Source: an uncultured Christensenella sp.
GTDB taxonomy: Bacteria > Bacillota > Clostridia > Christensenellales > Borkfalkiaceae
Reading direction: 5' to 3'
NCBI GenBank assembly: GCA_910578655.1
Contig: CAJTQE010000003.1
Coordinates: forward strand, 1-44,456
Length of the DNA stretch: 44,456 nucleotides
Position 1 is the first letter of the stretch. Each line of letters starts with the position of its first letter. Below the pieces are notes generated by a model. It saw only the letters and a program-made list of their open reading frames with translations. It was not told where the DNA came from and searched no databases. Of the stretch, positions 8,306 through 16,343 are shown piece after piece. A program made the position numbers and the translations under genes.

Positions 8306-9889
8306 ATGAAGAACTTTTTGAAAACCGCTACCGTTGCCTGCGCCGTGTTGGCGTTAGGTACGGGGCAAACTTTGACCGCGTTGGCAAATCATTTGCCTAA
8401 GGATGACCTTGTCATTACGGATGAATATACCGTAGAACAGATTGTCGAACAAAAGTTTGGTAAAGGCGATTATACTTATGAAAAGCTTGCAAGCTTTTCC
8501 GACACAGATAGGTTTACACTTGTTGAGGGCGATAAATGTTATTTGATTTACGATAATCAGCTTAATATCTTTATGGAATATTCAACTGAAAATAATTCAC
8601 CATATAAAGACGTGGATATGTCTACTAAAAAAGTTTATTACTCACCTACTTACTATTTTTACAAAATAGGCGATAGAATTTTTGATTTGTATGACGATAG
8701 CGAAGTTGACATTGAAGATATTAATTTATATAAAATGTCTGAAGAAAATTTGAAAGAATCAATTTTGCAAAGCAAAGCAGCAAACGCAAGCCTAAAAAGA
8801 AGTAGTTCACTTTTGACAAGCGAAAATAATGGCCCAAAATTTATTAAAAATTCATTTTATTTTGAGAATTTACGTTATAATAAAGGAACAAATACAAATA
8901 GCGTTTATCCTAACTCTTGTTCTTATGTTGCTCTTGAAATGTTTATGTCTTACTATGATACTTTTTATAATGATAACGTTATTGATGAAAAATATGACGT
9001 TACTGAAATTAAGAGTTTTTCAGATTATTATAGTATAAATATAAAAGACTTTTTACATTCACCTGGTATAGACGATAATTTTCATTCATTTTTGATTAAT
9101 TACGGGCAAACTCATGGTTATTCTTGTTTTAATAATAAAAATTGTATTCCGATTACAAATATGATTAAAGTTATGAATGAACTTCTTAATCCTAAAAATC
9201 TTTCTTTTACAGCGAATACTTCATACAATAGCTCAAACACTTTAAAATTATGTAAGGATGCTGTAGATGCAGATAGCCCGTTTATCGTATGGTTTCAAGG
9301 GAATGGTTCTGACGGTGAAAGAGACCATGATGTCGTTGGCTTTGGCTATAGTGGGGACGGTATTTATGTAAATTATGGCTGGAAAAATAGCAGATATAAT
9401 ATTTGTATATATGGGTATACTTTGAAACAGGTGATGTATATTAATTTTGAATCAGAGCATAGTTGTTCAAATAATTATCATTGGACTGTTAATGGAATTA
9501 CGGGAACAATTTGTCCGTGCGGCAAAAAGGTATGTAATCACGGAAGTAAAAAGCTATATAAATATGATGATACTTATCATAAATTGGGTTGTTTGGTTTG
9601 CGGCGGAGACTATACTTTAATAAATCACAGTTACGTGACCGACGGAGAGTATAAAACGTGCAGCGACTGTGGGCATAGAATTCATACAAACCATAGATTT
9701 ATATATACTCCGATATTCGGCGGAAAATATCATTGGGCGAGATGTCGTTGCGGTTATGAAAATAGAGAACCGTGTATGGGGTATGCCTCAGTGTTTGACC
9801 CGACTGTAAAATGTAATAAATGCGGTCAAACGGTAACTTCGGGATTCAAAACGGAAGATGAAAATCAACCGTCTTTCATAATAAAATAA
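8306..9889 (+). CDS. Secreted protein with putative papain-fold cysteine peptidase core and Cys/His-rich C-terminal region
   Basis: Signal peptide MKNFLKTATVACAVLALGTGQTLTALA. YPNSCSYVALEMFMSYYD and DHDVVGFGYSGDGIYVNYGW resemble the Cys and His/GW boxes of C10/C39-like peptidases; this is motif resemblance only. The C-terminal ~145 aa carries five CxxC/CxC pairs. Confidence 0.4.
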   Translation: MKNFLKTATVACAVLALGTGQTLTALANHLPKDDLVITDEYTVEQIVEQKFGKGDYTYEKLASFSDTDRFTLVEGDKCYLIYDNQLNIFMEYSTENNSPYKDVDMSTKKVYYSPTYYFYKIGDRIFDLYDDSEVDIEDINLYKMSEENLKESILQSKAANASLKRSSSLLTSENNGPKFIKNSFYFENLRYNKGTNTNSVYPNSCSYVALEMFMSYYDTFYNDNVIDEKYDVTEIKSFSDYYSINIKDFLHSPGIDDNFHSFLINYGQTHGYSCFNNKNCIPITNMIKVMNELLNPKNLSFTANTSYNSSNTLKLCKDAVDADSPFIVWFQGNGSDGERDHDVVGFGYSGDGIYVNYGWKNSRYNICIYGYTLKQVMYINFESEHSCSNNYHWTVNGITGTICPCGKKVCNHGSKKLYKYDDTYHKLGCLVCGGDYTLINHSYVTDGEYKTCSDCGHRIHTNHRFIYTPIFGGKYHWARCRCGYENREPCMGYASVFDPTVKCNKCGQTVTSGFKTEDENQPSFIIK

Positions 9890-9892
9890 ATA

Positions 9893-9922
9893 AAAAGCGA
9901 GGCGAAAAATCGCCTCGCTTTT
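9893..9922. terminator. Bidirectional intrinsic terminator between convergent genes
   Basis: Perfect 12-bp stem AAAAGCGAGGCG / CGCCTCGCTTTT with loop AAAAAT and A/T runs on both sides. It overlaps the spoIIE stop codon. Confidence 0.75.
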
Positions 9923-12188
9923 AAGTTTTTTCGAAGATGCGCGTGCAGAGTACCGTCATATCGTCGTCTACGGTTTTGGCGCGTTCTTTGGCGGCAATCA
10001 AAATAGTATCGGCAAGGTTTTGCGGGTTGAGCGGTTTTAAGGTCTGCAAATATTCGTATAGTTCGGTTGAGGAAGAAAACGCAGAAGTAATTCCGTCGGA
10101 CATAAATACCACCACGTCGCCTGCGCGGAGCTGTTCGGTGCAAACGGTGGGGCGCAGGTTTTCCAGAATTCCGAGCGGCAGGCTTTGACTTTCCAAAACC
10201 TTGATTTCGCCTTCGCGTATGATAATTCCCGCGGGCGAACCTATTTTTACGAAGTCCGCCATTCCCGAACTTAAATTTACGGCGGCAATATCTATGCATG
10301 TAAATCTCTCGTCGCGGTTAAAGGAAAGCAATTTGTTTATCGTGTTCAATACCGTCCCTTCGGGCATCTCCGCGCGGTAAAACGCTTCTATGAGCGATAT
10401 AGCCGTTGCCGAAACTTTTTTGGCATATACGCCGCTGCCCATTCCGTCTGACAGAGCCATAAGAAAACTGTGCTCGTTAATTTTGATTACCGAGTGGGTG
10501 TCGCCCGAAACGTTTTCTCCGCTTTTAATTGCATACGCTACGCCGAACGCCGCGTCCAGCCGAGGCGGCGCGCTGAATATAAAGCAGCTTTTTTCATCGT
10601 CGTAACTGAGTTTGTCTTTTAACAGATATTTTCTGTTTGCCGTTTCGCTTATAATGTTTGTCACCGCTTTCAGATTTACGCGTCCGCAAATCACTGCAAG
10701 TATTTCCATATTCTCGCCGTCTATATAAAGTTCGGGGCAGGCTATGCCGTCAGTGGAAAGCTTATTTTTCAGCGCTGTTTCAAGTTCTGTATATTCTCGT
10801 GAAGAACGGCTTAATTCAACGGCGCAGTTTTTCATAACTTCGGCAACGCCGCGCGCCTGTTCGGCAAGCAGTATCCGTCCGCTTTTGGCGTTTTCGGCTT
10901 CCGTCATAAACCTGCGGTATTCGGCGATAAGTCCGTTTAATCTGACCAAAACGTCGGTGGGGTTTGCGCAGTTTACCGTAACTTCCTTAGGCAGGTCTAT
11001 TAAGTTTGCCTTGCCCTTGATGCACCCCGAATCGATAAGTTTTTTAAAGCCCGTATACACGTTGGTGCGCGCGCATATTTTTGCACGGTCACAGGTTTTG
11101 CAGCATTTTTCTTTTAACTCTTCAAGCATACGGCTGCGTGAAGCGCTGTCGTTCACGTCGTCGTCCAAAGCGTTAAACGCGCACTCTATTTCGCGGAAAA
11201 CTTCGCTTATTCTGTATAGTTTTTCGCCCGTGCGGCGGCGGCTGCGCTCTACTGCGGTGTCGGGCAGGACTTCCTTTACGAGAAGTTTGTGCTTGATATT
11301 TTTAAGATAGCTTTCTGAAAATGCTACGGGTAAAGCCAGCGTGCAAAGCAAAAGCAGGGCGCGGAAAACAATCAGCACCACAGAGCAATCGAAACCGCCT
11401 TTAAAATAGCAGTAAACTGCTGTCGGCGCTGCCGCGATAACGCTGGGGGCGAATCTGCCGGCTCCGGAAAACAGCAGCGCAAGCGTGGCTATCGCCAGAT
11501 ATGCGGTAAACGGCTCGGACGAAAGCGATACTGCGGAGGGGGGTATTGCTGCAATAAGCGCGAATATGAGCGCGGACGGCGAACGCGCGAGGCGGACGGA
11601 AAACGTTATAAGTCCTGCCGTTATCGCCGTGTATGCGAAAAATCCGCAAACGTTGTATACACCCGTACCGAATGCGGTATATACTATCGCCAGACATACA
11701 AGTTCATCCTCTTTCAGTTTACAGCGCAGAATTCTGTATAAAAGCGCGTAGACCGATTTTAAAGAGAAGTATGAAAATACAATTACGGCAACGGCGGCGA
11801 CACCCTTAAATGCATATTCGTTTTCCAAAAACGGTACGCCCGTCATTGTCTGCGCGCGCGCGAAAGCGACGTAAGGCGCAAGCGCAATGGCAAGGTATGC
11901 CGCCGCTTCTATGCGTATTTTGCGCTTTGTTCTGCGGTAAATAAACGTCACAAGACCCAAAAACGCCGCCTCGAAAAGCCGTAAGAGCGTTGCCACCCAG
12001 TCAAGATAAATTATCGAGCCCAAAAGATAAATTACCGGCGTTAAAATTACGTTTGCGCCGCAGGTCAGCATTGCAAAGCAAAGCCCCAAAGAAAACGGTA
12101 TTTCGGCAAGAGTTTTGTTTATGAATATTACCGTTATGGCATAGAGTATATATAAAGCCGTACTTTTAGCGTTTATTTTTAAAGTCAT
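9921..12188 (-). CDS. spoIIE: Stage II sporulation protein E (PP2C phosphatase)
   Basis: 755 aa. About 10 N-terminal TM helices, a central regulatory region, and a C-terminal PP2C domain (VSGDTHSV...LSDGMGSG...FMSDGI). Confidence 0.9.
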   Translation of the reverse strand: MTLKINAKSTALYILYAITVIFINKTLAEIPFSLGLCFAMLTCGANVILTPVIYLLGSIIYLDWVATLLRLFEAAFLGLVTFIYRRTKRKIRIEAAAYLAIALAPYVAFARAQTMTGVPFLENEYAFKGVAAVAVIVFSYFSLKSVYALLYRILRCKLKEDELVCLAIVYTAFGTGVYNVCGFFAYTAITAGLITFSVRLARSPSALIFALIAAIPPSAVSLSSEPFTAYLAIATLALLFSGAGRFAPSVIAAAPTAVYCYFKGGFDCSVVLIVFRALLLLCTLALPVAFSESYLKNIKHKLLVKEVLPDTAVERSRRRTGEKLYRISEVFREIECAFNALDDDVNDSASRSRMLEELKEKCCKTCDRAKICARTNVYTGFKKLIDSGCIKGKANLIDLPKEVTVNCANPTDVLVRLNGLIAEYRRFMTEAENAKSGRILLAEQARGVAEVMKNCAVELSRSSREYTELETALKNKLSTDGIACPELYIDGENMEILAVICGRVNLKAVTNIISETANRKYLLKDKLSYDDEKSCFIFSAPPRLDAAFGVAYAIKSGENVSGDTHSVIKINEHSFLMALSDGMGSGVYAKKVSATAISLIEAFYRAEMPEGTVLNTINKLLSFNRDERFTCIDIAAVNLSSGMADFVKIGSPAGIIIREGEIKVLESQSLPLGILENLRPTVCTEQLRAGDVVVFMSDGITSAFSSSTELYEYLQTLKPLNPQNLADTILIAAKERAKTVDDDMTVLCTRIFEKT

Positions 12189-12319
12189 AACTACATTTTA
12201 TAACTTGTGACAGTAAAAAATTTGTCTATTAATAAATCTAAATGTAAAAAATTAAACTAATTTTTTTAATAATAGTCAGTTTAAAGCGCATAATAATTAT
12301 AAACTTGAGTGTTTAATAC

Positions 12320-12348
12320 TTGACTGTTTTTGTATTTTTGTGTAGAAT
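12320..12348 (+). promoter_or_regulatory. Sigma-A type promoter TTGACT-17-TAGAAT
   Basis: TTGACT at 12320..12325, a 17-nt spacer, TAGAAT at 12343..12348, upstream of the Wzz-like gene. Confidence 0.55.
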
Positions 12349-12387
12349 GATATAAAAGAAATTTTAGAATGATATAAAAGAAATTTT
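12344..12387. repeat. Perfect tandem duplication of a 22-bp unit (AGAATGATATAAAAGAAATTTT x2)
   Basis: Copy 1 at 12344..12365 and copy 2 at 12366..12387 are identical. The unit overlaps the -10 box and ends at the RBS (GGGGAG 12388..12393). Confidence 0.95.
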
Positions 12388-12397
12388 GGGGAGTTTT

Positions 12398-13756
12398 ATG
12401 GAAGAAAAAATCGAAAACGAAAACGGAATATCTTTGGGTTACATTTTCCGTACTATTTTTTCACAAAAATGGCTGGCGCTTATAATAGCGGTTGCAATTA
12501 CGCTTGCCGGCACTTTTGGTTTATATTTTTTAGGCAAGAGCAATGAGGTTTATTCGGTTACGTTCGTTTCCAAAATACCCGGTTCCGAAAGTTCTCCTCA
12601 GGCATTCGATTTCCCTGACGGTAAAGAATTCCGTTATGAAGTGATTGTTTCTTACGACAACCTTAAAAAAGCAAAGGACCAAAACAAGCTTTTCGACGGT
12701 ATTGATATACAAAAAATGTACGAGAAAGGTGACATTTCCATAATCCGTACCCTGAAAGAAACAGCCAGCGGTTCCAAAGAATACGAGGCCACTTATAAGA
12801 TTGATGCGAAAGCAAAATATTTTAAAGAAAGCGCTGTTGCACGCGATTTTTTAACCGAGTTGACCCTGTTCCCCGTTCGCTATCTCGAAAGTATGAGTAT
12901 CGACTATGACAAGTCGTTGGAAGCTTCCCGTGAGGCAATTCAGTACGACGTCCGTCTTAGTTATCTCAACGACCAGTTGACATATTTAAACGAAGAATAC
13001 AATAAACTTATAGAAAAATACAGCGAAAACTTTGTAGTGAAGGACGGCAAAACGCTCAACTATTATAAGTCACAGCTTTTAACTTACAGTGACAGGGGAG
13101 ATATAGACCGTCTTAAAATAAAGGCTATTGACGAGCATATTGTAATGGGTGACGAAAACGGACAGCCCCTTGAAGCCGCTATTGCAAAATACAAGTCGCA
13201 GAAGGTCGAGAAAGTGAGAGAAAGGGACAGGATTCAGGCGGCTTTGAAAAATGCCATTGCAAGCGTCCGCCCCGAATCGGGTTCGATAATTCTCGACGCC
13301 GATGCGATAATGAACTACACTATAAGAATTGCTGAGCTTGACCAGGACATTGCCGACATTCAAAAGTTTATCGATGAAAGCCGTGTAAGCGCAGAATTCG
13401 AAGCGGAAGTCGAGGCCGTTGAAACTAAATTAAGCGAGCTGACCAATCTGTATTCGGAAGTAGCGTCTGCCGTTTATTCAAGCAAAACCATTGTCAATTA
13501 TATGAATACGAATATTATTGCAATAGAGAACGGAAGAGGCATAGTGATGAGCGCGGCCATTTCACTCGTGCTCGGTCTTGCCGCAGCGGCAGTAGTTGCC
13601 TATATCGTAGGTTGGAGCAAGCAGAAAAAAGTTCGGGTTAAACAATTCGTAAATATGCCCGTTTACGGTGAAGCGCGGCTGCAAATTGCAGTCAGCGACG
13701 AAACGCATGGTGATGAGGAAAACCGTCCTATTGAAGAACAAGACAAAAAAGAATAA
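12398..13756 (+). CDS. Wzz/polysaccharide-copolymerase-like bitopic membrane protein
   Basis: ORF 12386..13756. Start moved to ATG 12398, which has GGGGAG 4 nt upstream. N-terminal Wzz-like segment plus TM (ISLGYIFRTIFSQKWLALIIAVAITLAGTFGLYF), a ~330-aa coiled-coil-rich external region, a C-terminal TM (MSAAISLVLGLAAAAVVAYIVGW), and an acidic tail. Assignment rests on topology and the N-terminal motif only. Confidence 0.5.
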   Translation: MEEKIENENGISLGYIFRTIFSQKWLALIIAVAITLAGTFGLYFLGKSNEVYSVTFVSKIPGSESSPQAFDFPDGKEFRYEVIVSYDNLKKAKDQNKLFDGIDIQKMYEKGDISIIRTLKETASGSKEYEATYKIDAKAKYFKESAVARDFLTELTLFPVRYLESMSIDYDKSLEASREAIQYDVRLSYLNDQLTYLNEEYNKLIEKYSENFVVKDGKTLNYYKSQLLTYSDRGDIDRLKIKAIDEHIVMGDENGQPLEAAIAKYKSQKVEKVRERDRIQAALKNAIASVRPESGSIILDADAIMNYTIRIAELDQDIADIQKFIDESRVSAEFEAEVEAVETKLSELTNLYSEVASAVYSSKTIVNYMNTNIIAIENGRGIVMSAAISLVLGLAAAAVVAYIVGWSKQKKVRVKQFVNMPVYGEARLQIAVSDETHGDEENRPIEEQDKKE

Positions 13757-13770
13757 AAAAAGTCAAAAAA

Positions 13771-13809
13771 TAAGCGGAACGCAAAAATGCGTTCCGCTTA
13801 AATTTTTTT
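13771..13809 (+). terminator. Strong intrinsic terminator after the Wzz-like gene
   Basis: Perfect 12-bp stem TAAGCGGAACGC / GCGTTCCGCTTA with loop AAAAAT, followed by AATTTTTTT. Confidence 0.85.
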
Positions 13810-13815
13810 CAGACC

Positions 13816-13844
13816 TTGATTTTTTGACTCGGCTATGTTATACT
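13816..13844 (+). promoter_or_regulatory. Sigma-A promoter TTGATT-17-TATACT with extended -10 (TGt)
   Basis: TTGATT at 13816..13821, a 17-nt spacer ending in TGT, TATACT at 13839..13844. RBS GAGGGG and ATG 13864 follow. Confidence 0.55.
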
Positions 13845-13863
13845 GTTAAGTCAGAGGGGCAAA

Positions 13864-16230
13864 ATGACCGAACTTGAAAAAATTTTAAAATTCATATCTC
13901 CGCACAGGCAGCCCGACGAAGCGTTTTTCAGGGAACTGCTTGACTTCGGACGTCAGCGGACTTACGAGGACGAGCGGATAAGGGCGGTTATGCTTGCGCT
14001 TAAAGCATTGCATATAAATAAGCTTAAATCAAAGATAACCGATGCAAAGCGCCGCCGCGAGCAGTTAAATTCGGGTGAACACACTGCCGAAAGTTTTAAG
14101 CAGGTAACTGCGCTGGACGCAGAAATCAAAAACCTTAACGCAAAGCTTTTTTTATATAAACCCTTGTTTGACGAGCCGTATTTTGCACGTATGGATTTGG
14201 TTGACGATAAAGAAGGATACAACAGTTATTATATAGGCAAACGCGGCGACCAGACCCTTGAAATAGTAGACTGGCGCGCTCCTCTTGCAAGAAGATACTA
14301 CCAAAAAAGCCAGACGGCTTTTAAAATAAACGATTATAATTATAAACTTATCCTGCGCCGCGCACTGCGCACGGGCGGCGGCAAAGTGCTCGATATGAAA
14401 AACGAATATCTTTCGGTAAAGGGATACCTTTCGCAAGAGGAAATTGCCGGCAGGGATGAGGCGATTATATTCGACCCCTTTTTAAAGGAAATACTTGAAA
14501 CGCGCAAGGAAAAGCGCGAAATTTGCGACATAATCGAAACTATACAGGAAAAACAGTACGAAATTATCACCCTGCCCGAAGCCGCCGAATTCGCTTTGCA
14601 GGGCGTTGCCGGCAGCGGAAAAACTATGATAATGCTGCACAGGCTGTCATATATATTATATAACAATGAAAGCCTGCGCCCTTCCGACGTTCTGATGGTT
14701 ACGCCGTCAAACTCGTTCAACGCGTTCATTGACGAACTTGCAAAAATTCTGGAGTTGGAACGGGTTAAAACATCGACTTTGGACGGTTATTTTCTGAGCG
14801 TGTTAAAGAATTGCGGCGTTGACGCGGAAAAGATGCTCGACCCGTTTCTGCCGTTGCCGAAAGAGTTTTTAAGTTACGTTTACAGCCGAAAGTTCGTGGA
14901 TGAAATACGGAAAAAACTTGCAAAAATATACGACGGAATCTACGGTATGTTCGCATCCGACGGTTGCAGGGAGGTGGCTGAAAATGTTTCGGACGCCCTG
15001 AAAAGGCAGGAAGAGCGGTATTTTGCAATTAAGAATGCAAGCCTGAGGGTAAGGCGTTCGGTACTCGGCGAGATAAAGGAAAAGGCGGACGGAGGACTTT
15101 ACTACACCAAGCAGTTCAGAAATATGTTTAACTGTATAACGGACGTAAGGGAATTTTTAGGGCTGTTTTCCGACGGACGAATGGGCGAGCAAGCGTTCTT
15201 TTACCGGCAGTTACTGTCATTCTACAAATCGCTTAAATTCCTGTCAAAGTACTCTGAAAAAATTTGTTTGAACGCCGTATCGGATTTAAACGCGCTTTGC
15301 GTTTCCGTCGAAAAAGAGATTTCCGACCTTAAAAGATACAAGATAACCGTCGACGGCATTGAACGTCTGACCTACGCCGAAAGGATAGAAAAGCGCGAAC
15401 AGCTTAAAAAAGAAATTTCGGAAGCGGTGCGGTCCGTTCAAGCAATCGCGGAGGAGTTTGTTCCTCTGTACGATTTTGCCGAAGTGCTGCGCGGGGAAAA
15501 TTATTTGGTAGCCGTCGGCAAGTGTCAGACTACTTACGATATTTTGCGGTTTTTCTACCGTGAAACCGTCAAAAAAATAAAGAACCGTTTTTCCGTAACC
15601 ACCAAAAAGCTGTGCGCTGCCGACCCGTATGCGCTGTGCCTTATATTGTGCGAACTCGGTTTGCCGCTGACACCGAAATACAGATTCATATTCGTGGACG
15701 AGGCGCAGGATATTTCACTGCCCGAATACGAGGTGCTGCGCGCAATCAACGACAGGGCGGCGTTCAACATCTTCGGCGATTTAAAGCAGAATATTACTCC
15801 GTATCGCGGAATTAAAGATTGGGGCGAGCTTGGCTATAAGCAATTTAATCTGAGTTTGAATTACCGCAATACCAACAAAATAGTAGATTTTGTGTCGGGC
15901 AACCTTGCGATAGATATGCAGGCGATAGGCACGGAGGGCGGAGAGGTTGATATAATTTCAAGCCGTGCCGTAACCAAATATCTTTCCGCTTGCGGCGGAC
16001 TCAGTGCGGTTATTTGTTCCGAGGCGAAGCTGCCTGACTATATAAGAAAGAGCTATAACGTCGTGCGCAGCACGGGGCGCATTTCAAAAAGCAAAATCAA
16101 TATTATGACCGTCTACGAAAGTAAAGGACTTGAATTTACTTCGGTTGCCGTTGCCGACGGGGATATGTCCGATAACGAAAAATATATTGCCTATACCCGT
16201 GCGTTAAAAAATTTAGCTTTGATAAGATAA
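13864..16230 (+). CDS. helD: HelD-like UvrD-family (SF1A) helicase / RNA polymerase recycling ATPase
   Basis: 788 aa. N-terminal coiled-coil region followed by PYFARMDL...YYIGKRG...IVDWRAPLARRYY, a HelD hallmark as I recall it from B. subtilis HelD. Walker A GVAGSGKT (14602..14625), Walker B FIFVDEAQD, C-terminal VYESKGLEF. Confidence 0.75.
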   Translation: MTELEKILKFISPHRQPDEAFFRELLDFGRQRTYEDERIRAVMLALKALHINKLKSKITDAKRRREQLNSGEHTAESFKQVTALDAEIKNLNAKLFLYKPLFDEPYFARMDLVDDKEGYNSYYIGKRGDQTLEIVDWRAPLARRYYQKSQTAFKINDYNYKLILRRALRTGGGKVLDMKNEYLSVKGYLSQEEIAGRDEAIIFDPFLKEILETRKEKREICDIIETIQEKQYEIITLPEAAEFALQGVAGSGKTMIMLHRLSYILYNNESLRPSDVLMVTPSNSFNAFIDELAKILELERVKTSTLDGYFLSVLKNCGVDAEKMLDPFLPLPKEFLSYVYSRKFVDEIRKKLAKIYDGIYGMFASDGCREVAENVSDALKRQEERYFAIKNASLRVRRSVLGEIKEKADGGLYYTKQFRNMFNCITDVREFLGLFSDGRMGEQAFFYRQLLSFYKSLKFLSKYSEKICLNAVSDLNALCVSVEKEISDLKRYKITVDGIERLTYAERIEKREQLKKEISEAVRSVQAIAEEFVPLYDFAEVLRGENYLVAVGKCQTTYDILRFFYRETVKKIKNRFSVTTKKLCAADPYALCLILCELGLPLTPKYRFIFVDEAQDISLPEYEVLRAINDRAAFNIFGDLKQNITPYRGIKDWGELGYKQFNLSLNYRNTNKIVDFVSGNLAIDMQAIGTEGGEVDIISSRAVTKYLSACGGLSAVICSEAKLPDYIRKSYNVVRSTGRISKSKINIMTVYESKGLEFTSVAVADGDMSDNEKYIAYTRALKNLALIR

Positions 16231-16251
16231 ATGTAATTTGTCAATAATCTA

Positions 16252-16280
16252 TTGTCAGGCGATATAAAATATGATAGAAT
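16252..16280 (+). promoter_or_regulatory. Sigma-A promoter TTGTCA-17-TAGAAT with extended -10 (TGa)
   Basis: TTGTCA at 16252..16257, a 17-nt spacer ending in TGA, TAGAAT at 16275..16280. RBS GAGGAA and ATG 16344 lie downstream. Confidence 0.5.
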
Positions 16281-16343
16281 GAGTATGCGCGCTTGCGTGT
16301 GAAGAATTACCCGAAAAAATACATCTGTTGAGGAATTGTCCGT

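Noticed and set aside
6860-9922. AT-rich islets (6860..9922, 22016..23391, 27838..28772) as bounded mobile elements
   Set aside because: No integrase, transposase, recombinase, tRNA attachment site or flanking direct or inverted repeats were found. They are reported only as compositionally foreign segments.
12189-12300. Spo0A boxes (TGTCGAA/TTCGACA) in the spoIIE upstream region
   Set aside because: Only weak 5-of-7 matches (for example TGTGACA, TGTCTAT) were seen in a very AT-rich region, which is not distinguishable from chance by eye.
12398-13756. Wzz-like gene as a marker of a capsule/O-antigen biosynthesis locus
   Set aside because: No glycosyltransferase, Wzx/Wzy, tyrosine kinase or sugar-nucleotide genes lie anywhere nearby. 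The gene is monocistronic with its own promoter and terminator.
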